Of a stretch of DNA of 64,000 nt, positions 35,201 through 41,705 are shown in pieces. Below the pieces are notes generated by a model. It was not told the DNA's origin and searched no databases. It was given only the letters and a program-made list of their open reading frames with translations. The DNA is taken from the IMG/VR virus record IMGVR_UViG_3300045988_115849. One strand, given 5' to 3'. The position numbers and the translations under genes were made by a program. The stretch comes from a virus. Within the stretch, counting starts at the first letter, position 1; every line of letters starts with the position of its first letter.

Positions 35201-35317
35201 GTTCCATCGGTGTTCCAATGTTCCATTTGCGTTCCATGATTTCAAAAAAATATTAAGATACCATCTCACTACCTTGTTCCATTTTTTGTTCCATGCTTTG
35301 TTCCACTTTTTGTTCCA
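35201..35317 (+). repeat. Eight direct GTTCCA arm-type repeats
   Basis: GTTCCA at 35201, 35212, 35220 and 35231 (intergenic). Four more at 35276, 35288, 35300 and 35312, exactly 12 nt apart, lie inside the integrase 3' end. One inverted copy is at 35153-35158. Confidence 0.75.
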
Positions 35318-36431
35318 ACGATAAGGCGTTATTGACAGCAGCAACACTATCTTCTTTTTCAAGCATGATGTGGCTATAAACTTCTGCAACAACCTTTTCA
35401 GAGTCACCGACAAGCTCTGCAACTCTTTTAAAGCTGATAAGCGGAACTTGATAGCATAAGTTTGTACAGTAGTTGTGTCGGAAGATATGACTTGTTAGAT
35501 CGACAATAGGAGCTTCACTGACTTCTTGCAGCGCTTTTAAAATTCTGCCCCACATTCTGCGATATCCACTCTTTGACATAGGTTTATAGTTTTGGTTGAT
35601 AAATAAGTATTCCCTTTTTTCTTCTCTGAGTAGTTTGACATAATCTGCGATCACGTCAAATACATTTGCAGGAATTGGAAGAACTCGTTCTCCATTTTCG
35701 ATGTTTTTAACTGATTTTCGTTTTGGGATATTGTCTGAAATGTCGTGAGATTTAAGTATTGATACCGTGTGGAATCGTAAGTCTATATCTGATTCTGTTA
35801 ACGCCAGAGCTTCACCACAGCGTAATCCACAGCCATAAATGAGGTAAGTGTATACCATGTCCATCTGATACTTGTAGGATGCCTTAAAAACGGCGTTACG
35901 TTCGCTATGGGTCAATGGGCGTTTTTCTTTTGCTTTGTATTTTATCTTTTCTAATTTGTTAAATATGTCCTGATAACCTTGTGCCGGATAGATGTGATCA
36001 CACACTGCGGATTCCATTACTTGACGGAAGGTCATAACAATCTGTTGTTGGGTCCTTAATTTGCCATCAGCATTGTTTAAAATCAATTGTAAATGGCTAC
36101 GTTGTATATCTTGTAGCTTAACGTCTGTTAGTGGCTTAAAATGAACGTTAATAACATTGTCGTACATTTTAAGAGTATTGTTTGCCCTGTTGGACTTATA
36201 TAAATTTTTCCATTGTTCACAGTATGCCATAAAAGACATATCTGTATTCATAACAGCTTTTCGTTGATCACGGAGCTGTTCAAATTCTTTTACTTTTTTC
36301 TCTAAGTCACGGCTGCTTTGACGTGATCTTAAATGTTTATAATGTTTTTTGCCATTATCTTTGTATGTTCCATCCCATACATTTGTTGAATAGTAACCAT
36401 CGGTGTCTTTTTTGTATTTTGCTTTAGCCAT
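35253..36431 (-). CDS. int: Tyrosine integrase
   Basis: MAKAKYKKDTDGYY N-terminal arm-binding-like domain. Catalytic-type motifs GLRCGEAL, HIFRHNY and VYSHI. I chose ATG 36431, which has an AAGGAG RBS. Confidence 0.9.
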   Translation of the reverse strand: MAKAKYKKDTDGYYSTNVWDGTYKDNGKKHYKHLRSRQSSRDLEKKVKEFEQLRDQRKAVMNTDMSFMAYCEQWKNLYKSNRANNTLKMYDNVINVHFKPLTDVKLQDIQRSHLQLILNNADGKLRTQQQIVMTFRQVMESAVCDHIYPAQGYQDIFNKLEKIKYKAKEKRPLTHSERNAVFKASYKYQMDMVYTYLIYGCGLRCGEALALTESDIDLRFHTVSILKSHDISDNIPKRKSVKNIENGERVLPIPANVFDVIADYVKLLREEKREYLFINQNYKPMSKSGYRRMWGRILKALQEVSEAPIVDLTSHIFRHNYCTNLCYQVPLISFKRVAELVGDSEKVVAEVYSHIMLEKEDSVAAVNNALSLEQKVEQSMEQKMEQGSEMVS

Positions 36432-36533
36432 TGTATCACTCCTTAATTCTAAAAAATAGGTATAAAAATAACAGCTACGCAATTCCTAAAATTGGAATTT
36501 GCATAAAACGCAAAATGGTTAAAATTTTACGAC

Positions 36534-36641
36534 TTGCATAGCTGACTTGATAATGATACAATAAGTATGGCTGTACAAAAGTATCAAAATCAAGACTTTT
36601 GGGAGATCGCACGCTTTGGCTGAGCTGTGCGGTCTTTTTTT
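36534..36641 (+). ncRNA. Candidate small transcript: promoter + approx 70 nt + terminator (contains an 18-codon leaderless-type micro-ORF)
   Basis: TTGCAT (36534), 17 nt, then an extended -10 TGATACAAT (TACAAT at 36557). ATG at 36567. Terminator GATCGCAC/GTGCGGTC followed by TTTTTTT (36605-36641). Confidence 0.3.
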
Positions 36642-36643
36642 GT

Positions 36644-37327
36644 TTATTTTATTGTAACTTTGTATTTAGCTAATCTATAAAAGCTAATATTTCCGTTTTT
36701 GTATTGCACAGCTTCAACATAATGAGTTCCAGATTTTATCTGATTACCGGTAACCATAAGAGAAGCTTGAGCACCATAATTTACGTATGTTTCGTCTACC
36801 TTTTTACCGTCAATGTAAATTTTTACAGGAGTTTCTTCTGTCAAGTCAGTTATATAGTAATCAACATATCCAAAAGGAGTACCTTTATTAATTAACAAGA
36901 CTGGGATTTTACCGTTTTCAGATGTTCCAGATGCTAAGTAAATATAAAAATTACCAGTTCCGAAATCTCCTTGATTTTTTAAATATGGACTTCTGTTGGT
37001 TGAATTAACGTTGTTTTTTCGACTAACTTTAACTTTACATTTATATTTTTTCTTTCCAATCTTAGCTGTGATAGTCGCACTTCCTGCTTTCTTAGCAACA
37101 ACTTTTCCATTCTTAGATACTGTTGCTACAGATTTTTTGCTACTAGACCATTTAGGCTTTTTCTTTGTTCCTTTTACCTTTAATGTTTTAGACTGTCCAA
37201 CAGTCAGTGTGATTTTTGAGTTGGAAATTTTAATCTTTGACTTTGCGTTAACTGATTCTAAATTTCCAAAAACACCAAGTGTGACAGCAAGTAAAAACAC
37301 AGTTAATAATTTGCAGGCTTTTTTCAT
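36644..37327 (-). CDS. Secreted Big_2 (bacterial Ig-like) domain protein
   Basis: Signal peptide MKKACKLLTVFLLAVTLGVFG. Big_2-like ITLTVGQSKTLKV...SSSKKSVATVSKNGKVVAKKAGSATITA. I chose ATG 37327, which has a GGAGGGG RBS. Confidence 0.7.
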   Translation of the reverse strand: MKKACKLLTVFLLAVTLGVFGNLESVNAKSKIKISNSKITLTVGQSKTLKVKGTKKKPKWSSSKKSVATVSKNGKVVAKKAGSATITAKIGKKKYKCKVKVSRKNNVNSTNRSPYLKNQGDFGTGNFYIYLASGTSENGKIPVLLINKGTPFGYVDYYITDLTEETPVKIYIDGKKVDETYVNYGAQASLMVTGNQIKSGTHYVEAVQYKNGNISFYRLAKYKVTIK

Positions 37328-37377
37328 AATACCCCTCCTTTTTACGGTGTATAACAAACAAATGACAAATAAAAAAA

Positions 37378-37809
37378 TTAAAGTCTCTTGAAGCTGACTA
37401 ATCTTTCACCATATCCGGTTAATGACGATAGCTGTTCGAGAGTGTATCCCGGATGTTCGATAATCGTTTCATCTGGTATCAAAAGCTCCGCTGCAAAAGT
37501 ATGAGCTTCAATTTCAACCTTGTTGCTGTAGAATTGTTCGCCATAGGAGAAGAAATAATAATCTCCGTCATGCAGTACGCAATGAGCTAATTCATGAGCA
37601 ACTACAGCTTCTCGCATTTTTTCATCATCAATCCTATCATTTAAGTATATAAATTTCTTGTCGCATATCTTCATGTGACATCCAGATAGTTCTCCTAAAT
37701 CTCCGATTTGGATAATAACACCTAAGCTGTCTGCAAGCTGATATGGATTTCTTGTTTCGTATTTTTTAACCAAATCATGTACTAAATTTTTGATTTGATT
37801 CGGTCTCAT
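37378..37809 (-). CDS. ImmA/IrrE-family metallopeptidase
   Basis: HEXXH motif (VAHELAHCVLH). Lies directly downstream of the XRE repressor. Confidence 0.8.
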   Translation of the reverse strand: MRPNQIKNLVHDLVKKYETRNPYQLADSLGVIIQIGDLGELSGCHMKICDKKFIYLNDRIDDEKMREAVVAHELAHCVLHDGDYYFFSYGEQFYSNKVEIEAHTFAAELLIPDETIIEHPGYTLEQLSSLTGYGERLVSFKRL

Positions 37810-37824
37810 ACATAACCCTCCTGT

Positions 37825-38196
37825 TTATTTTCTCATCATAGCCATGGAAATCTCAACCTGTTTAAGCAAAAGCTCTTTTGTGTTATCGTCAATCGGTTGC
37901 CCGTCATAACGTAACGGTTGCATCTTTCCACTTTCTAGCAATTCTTTTAGTTCCTCAAATTTTTCTTTGAGATCGTCCGTGTTATCTTTCTCTTTTTGTC
38001 CATCCTCCTTTCCTGTCATCAAGTACTCAACAGACACACCGAAGAAGTCAGCGAGCTTTTGTAATCTCTCGACTTTTGGAGTACTGTTTTTCCATTTTGA
38101 AATTGAACCATTAGAAAAACCTAGTTGTTTTTCAAGCTTTCCTTGTGATAATCCTTGTGACTTCCTAAGGCTTTCAATTCGCTCATAAATAGTCAT
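37825..38196 (-). CDS. XRE-family repressor (CI/ImmR-like)
   Basis: N-terminal HTH (LRKSQGLSQGKLEKQLGFSNGSISKWKN). Divergent from a cro-like gene. Confidence 0.85.
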   Translation of the reverse strand: MTIYERIESLRKSQGLSQGKLEKQLGFSNGSISKWKNSTPKVERLQKLADFFGVSVEYLMTGKEDGQKEKDNTDDLKEKFEELKELLESGKMQPLRYDGQPIDDNTKELLLKQVEISMAMMRK

Positions 38197-38243
38197 AGAA
38201 TCTCCTTTCTAAGAAATTACAGAAACTTTTCTGTAAAAAACGC

Positions 38244-38272
38244 TTGACAAACTAGAAAGTTTTCTATATAGT
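38244..38272 (+). promoter_or_regulatory. Candidate rightward early promoter
   Basis: TTGACA, 17 nt, then TATAGT, with an operator in the spacer. Confidence 0.5.
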
Positions 38273-38349
38273 AAAAGCATAGCACAGAAAACTTTCAGTA
38301 AAACAGAAAGCGGTCACAGAAAAAAATCTATATTTTATGTGGTAATTTA

Positions 38350-38378
38350 ATATTAGAATATTTTCTGCAAAAAGTCAA
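38350..38378 (-). promoter_or_regulatory. Candidate leftward (repressor) promoter
   Basis: On the - strand: TTGACT, 17 nt, then TAATAT, with an operator-like site in the spacer. Combined with the rightward promoter this implies a face-to-face arrangement. Confidence 0.35.
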
Positions 38379-38426
38379 TGGAAATACTGAATATTTTCTA
38401 ATAAATAAAGAAAGGAGAGTAAGAAA

Positions 38427-38621
38427 TTGTATATTTATGACAAAATTAAAAAGATTTGCAAAGAAAAAGGTCTGTCAGTTACCTATGTTGAGAAAAAAGC
38501 AGAACTTGGAAATGGGCTGATTTCTAAATGGAATGACAGTGTACCAAGCGTTGCAAATTTGAAAAAAGTAGCGAGCATCTTAGAGGTCACTGTTGATGAA
38601 CTAATAGGAGATGAGGAGTAA
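38427..38621 (+). CDS. Cro-like XRE HTH protein
   Basis: 64 aa with an HTH (KEKGLSVTYVEKKAELGNGLISKWN). TTG start after AAAGGAGAG. Confidence 0.75.
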   Translation: MYIYDKIKKICKEKGLSVTYVEKKAELGNGLISKWNDSVPSVANLKKVASILEVTVDELIGDEE

Positions 38622-38654
38622 CGGTTGATTATTTCTTATCTTAAAGGAAGAATA

Positions 38655-38879
38655 ATGAAATATGCAAAAAAGGTTATGAGAAAATCAGAACTCTGTGAGA
38701 TGGGATTTCCTGAGGAATTTTTAGATTCAGCATACAGAGAATCAAATCAGAGTTTTGCACAAAAGATAAATCCATATAAAAAGAACTCTCCGATCATATT
38801 CGATACAGAAGAATTTGATAAATGGAGATTAAGGAAACTAAGAGATGAAAATAAAGCAATCCGAAGAGATTACTTTTAG
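38655..38879 (+). CDS. Small HTH protein, excisionase-like (tentative)
   Basis: 74 aa. ELCEMGFPEEFLDSAYRES..SFAQKINPYKKNSPIIFDTEEF resembles Xis/AlpA-like proteins of Firmicutes mobile elements. Confidence 0.45.
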   Translation: MKYAKKVMRKSELCEMGFPEEFLDSAYRESNQSFAQKINPYKKNSPIIFDTEEFDKWRLRKLRDENKAIRRDYF

Positions 38880-38903
38880 AAATCTTAAGTTGGAGGTGAT
38901 CAA

Positions 38904-39650
38904 TTGGAAAAGTTAGAACAAACAATCAGTAGTGTTGAAGTAGCTGAAATGATTGGGAAAGATCATAACAAATTATTAAGAGATATACGAAGCTACATTG
39001 ATCAATTTTCACTGTCCAAAATTGGACAGTCAGATTTTTTCACTGATTCTACATATAAAAATGGAAGAGGTAAAGAATATCCCTGTTACCAAGTAACTAA
39101 AAAGGGATGTGAATTTATTGCTCATAAACTGACAGGGATTAAAGGTACTGAGTTTACAGCAAAGTATATCAATAAATTCCACGAAATGGAACGGATTATT
39201 ACAGAACACGTTCCTCATGGGAAAGAACTGTTAGCACTGGCGGTTTTAGAAGCACAAAAGACAATAGAAGATTTACAGGCAAGCAATACAGTCTTATTAG
39301 AAGATAATGAACGTATGAAGCCAAAAGAGATTTTCGCTGATGCAGTAACATCAAGCAGAACATCTATATTAATTGGTGATCTAGCTAAATTGTTGAAACA
39401 AAATGGCATTGATACTGGGCAGAATCGACTCTTTGAGTGGATGAGAAACAATGGATACTTGATAAAAGCACAAGGAAGCAACAGAAATATGCCGACACAG
39501 AGAAGCATGGAGATGGGATTGTTCCAAGTGAAAGAGAGTACCAGAATTGACGGTAACGGATGCAATGTGGTAGTGAAAACTCCGAAAGTTACTGGCAAAG
39601 GTCAAATGTATTTCTTAAATAAGTTCTTAGAAAAGAAACCGGAGGAATAG
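38904..39650 (+). CDS. Antirepressor: Rha N-terminal + KilAC C-terminal domains
   Basis: Rha-like SSVEVAEMIGKDHNKLLRDIRSY. KilAC-like IFADAVTSSRTSILIGDLAKLLKQNGIDTGQNRLFEWMR. Confidence 0.75.
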   Translation: MEKLEQTISSVEVAEMIGKDHNKLLRDIRSYIDQFSLSKIGQSDFFTDSTYKNGRGKEYPCYQVTKKGCEFIAHKLTGIKGTEFTAKYINKFHEMERIITEHVPHGKELLALAVLEAQKTIEDLQASNTVLLEDNERMKPKEIFADAVTSSRTSILIGDLAKLLKQNGIDTGQNRLFEWMRNNGYLIKAQGSNRNMPTQRSMEMGLFQVKESTRIDGNGCNVVVKTPKVTGKGQMYFLNKFLEKKPEE

Positions 39651-39651
39651 C

Positions 39652-40320
39652 ATGGAAGTTTTTGAAAGTCCGTTTGGAACAGAACTTAGGGCAGAGAAGC
39701 AGGATGGAGAATGGTTCTTTTGCTTACAAGATATTGGATATGGCATTGGAGTTATAAACTCCGGACAGATTAATAGCAGATTAAATCAGTCTGGCGTTAG
39801 AAAAATCAGTGCCAAAGACAGAAAAGGAACAATGCATAAATTATTGTTCGTAAATGAGTTCAATATGATGAAAGCAATCTTGAAAACCAAAGATAAAGAT
39901 CATGATGATTTTTATTTTTGGATCGTGAGAGAAGTTCTTCCAGTATTGAAAAATGAAGATCAAGTTAAATTGCCAGACAATATTGAACAAAAGATAAAGC
40001 TTTTAGCACAGGGAGATGTGTTGTTAAGTGAGAGAGTCGGAAAGATTGAGACAAAGGTTGAAATTTTAGAAGACGAACTGCCACTCTTTGCATATGACAT
40101 AGAAGAAATTCAGGAACATGCAGCAAGACACATCAAACAACTTCTTGGAGAAAAATATAAAGATAACAGCCTGAGGGCCAAAACATACATAAATCTTTAT
40201 AAGAAGATCGAGGAAGAATTTAATGTTTACTGCTATAAAGGGTTAGCAAGAAAAAAATTGGCAGATGTTCACGAGTTTATAGATTGTTATAAAGGTGTGG
40301 AATATGAAGAAAGAAAATGA
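39652..40320 (+). CDS. BRO-N-like / ORF6C-like antirepressor-type protein
   Basis: N-terminal FESPFGTELRAEKQDGEWFFCLQDIGYGIG...LFVNEFNMMKAILKT. C-terminal helical ORF6C-like region. Confidence 0.55.
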   Translation: MEVFESPFGTELRAEKQDGEWFFCLQDIGYGIGVINSGQINSRLNQSGVRKISAKDRKGTMHKLLFVNEFNMMKAILKTKDKDHDDFYFWIVREVLPVLKNEDQVKLPDNIEQKIKLLAQGDVLLSERVGKIETKVEILEDELPLFAYDIEEIQEHAARHIKQLLGEKYKDNSLRAKTYINLYKKIEEEFNVYCYKGLARKKLADVHEFIDCYKGVEYEERK

Positions 40321-40465
40321 AGCAGAAATCACATGGGATGAAATTTTGAAAAGGCACGCGGAATATATGAATAGCAAGAATAAGTTGGAAAAGATAATGT
40401 TCGTAACAATACTTATAAGATTCATAATATTTTGCCGGAAAAAGATAAAAGAGGTGAAACGATGA
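40304..40465 (+). CDS. Small protein with C-terminal TM (53 aa), below the track cutoff
   Basis: Overlaps the upstream stop. Its own stop overlaps the next ATG in an ATGA arrangement. Confidence 0.35.
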   Translation: MKKENEAEITWDEILKRHAEYMNSKNKLEKIMFVTILIRFIIFCRKKIKEVKR

Positions 40466-40620
40466 AATTCAAAATGGCGTGCATAGTAATTGGAACATTA
40501 TATATGTTTGGTACGGTTGGCAGTTTTGTTGATGGGGAATCGTTAAGCCTTCCTGTTGCATGTTTGCTTGGAGTGGCGGGTGCAATGTTACTGTTTGCCG
40601 GAATAAGAAAGGATAAATGA
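40462..40620 (+). CDS. Small two-TM membrane protein (52 aa)
   Basis: ATG 40462 after RBS AGAGGTGA. Sequence MKFKMACIVIGTLYMFGTVGSF...LLGVAGAMLLFAGI. Confidence 0.5.
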   Translation: MKFKMACIVIGTLYMFGTVGSFVDGESLSLPVACLLGVAGAMLLFAGIRKDK

Positions 40621-40623
40621 AGG

Positions 40624-41232
40624 ATGAAAAATGATAAAAATTTTGTGAACCTGAAAGGCACATTAGAAAAAGTGGATTATAGCCACCAATCAGGCGGAAG
40701 GATGTACTACAAAACGTACATTGATACGAGAAGAAAAAGCGGAACTGTTGACAGAGTTCCAGTTATTGTTTCAGAAGACCGTATGAACAATGCGGTAAGA
40801 CAGGGAGCATACGTTGAAATTACCGGTGTATTTGCTTCAAGAAACAGACCAGATGAAAATTCAGAAAAAAAACATTTGGATTTATTTGTAAATGCCAATG
40901 TTGTTGAAGAGGTAGAAGAGACAGAAGATTTAAACAAACTAGTTGTTGAAGGAACAGTTTGTAAGCCAACAGTAGGAAGGGTAACACCAGCAGGAAGAAA
41001 AGTTGCAGATATGTTTATCGCAGTAAACAGAAATAAGAGTTCTTATTATTTCCCTTGCATCTTATGGGGAGATACTGCTGAGATTGCAAAAAAACTTGAA
41101 GTTGGAGAAAAAGTAAAACTTATCGGCAGGATTCAGAGTAGAAAGTATACAAAAAAGATTTCTAAGAATGAATCAATTGAAAAAGAAGCTTACGAAATTT
41201 CTAGCAGTTGCTTAGAGGTAGTCAAATGTTGA
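40624..41232 (+). CDS. SSB-like protein with two OB-fold-like halves
   Basis: VEITGVFASRNR and KLIGRIQSRKY resemble SSB beta-strand motifs. Lies in the recombination module. Confidence 0.55.
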   Translation: MKNDKNFVNLKGTLEKVDYSHQSGGRMYYKTYIDTRRKSGTVDRVPVIVSEDRMNNAVRQGAYVEITGVFASRNRPDENSEKKHLDLFVNANVVEEVEETEDLNKLVVEGTVCKPTVGRVTPAGRKVADMFIAVNRNKSSYYFPCILWGDTAEIAKKLEVGEKVKLIGRIQSRKYTKKISKNESIEKEAYEISSSCLEVVKC

Positions 41233-41705
41233 AACGAAGAGATGTTGAACAAAAAATGATAGACCTTAATTTCAATACAAGACTACTTGGATTTAAGTAT
41301 TCAGTAGAAACAGTATTGATTTTTGACAAAAAAGGTACAGCTATTCCAATGATGAAAGTTTATAAAGAGATCGCTGAAAAATACAACACAGATGCAAGAA
41401 GTGTTGAACGTGCAATGAGATTTTCTTATGACGATGTTATCAAACGATCAACGAACTGTGAGGAAGTGGAAAGATACATAGGTTATGACTCTATAGGAAG
41501 CGCAGCAACGCTTTCAAGAATGTATTACCGTTTGAAAGATGATCTTGAAAATAGGCAGAAGGACAAGCGGAAAGAATTGGAAAGTCTGGTAAGAAATGTT
41601 GTAAGAGAAGAGTTAAGAATACAATTAGGAGGTCAAAATGAAGCAGGTAGAATTGAAGACAATGTCGTTGGAAAACTTCAAGTGTTTTCAGGACAAAGAA
41701 ATTAA
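41226..41705 (+). CDS. Spo0A C-terminal (DNA-binding) domain-like protein
   Basis: LGFKYSVETVLI...VYKEIAEKYNTDARSVERAMRFSY aligns by eye with the Spo0A effector domain (IKGYLYLREAI...[24 protein letters not shown]). Confidence 0.7.
   Translation: MLKRRDVEQKMIDLNFNTRLLGFKYSVETVLIFDKKGTAIPMMKVYKEIAEKYNTDARSVERAMRFSYDDVIKRSTNCEEVERYIGYDSIGSAATLSRMYYRLKDDLENRQKDKRKELESLVRNVVREELRIQLGGQNEAGRIEDNVVGKLQVFSGQRN

Larger units (their letters stand above)
38219..38401. promoter_or_regulatory. Operator cluster of the lysis-lysogeny switch
   Basis: Palindromes ACAGAAACTTTTCTGT (38219), CTAGAAAGTTTTCTAT (38252) and ACAGAAAACTTTCAGT (38284). Related sites AGAATATTTTCT at 38355 and GAATATTTTCT at 38389. 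Confidence 0.65.

Noticed and set aside
34902-35252. Prophage-host junction (attL or attR)
   Set aside because: The lysis genes and the integrase are joined directly across the tRNA fragment, with no host genes on either side. This is the attP (phage or circular) configuration.
35141-35422. 93-aa - strand ORF with WNKKWNKAWNKKWNK repeats
   Set aside because: It is simply the GTTCCA arm-site array read in an alternative frame. It overlaps the integrase 3' end and the attP arm.
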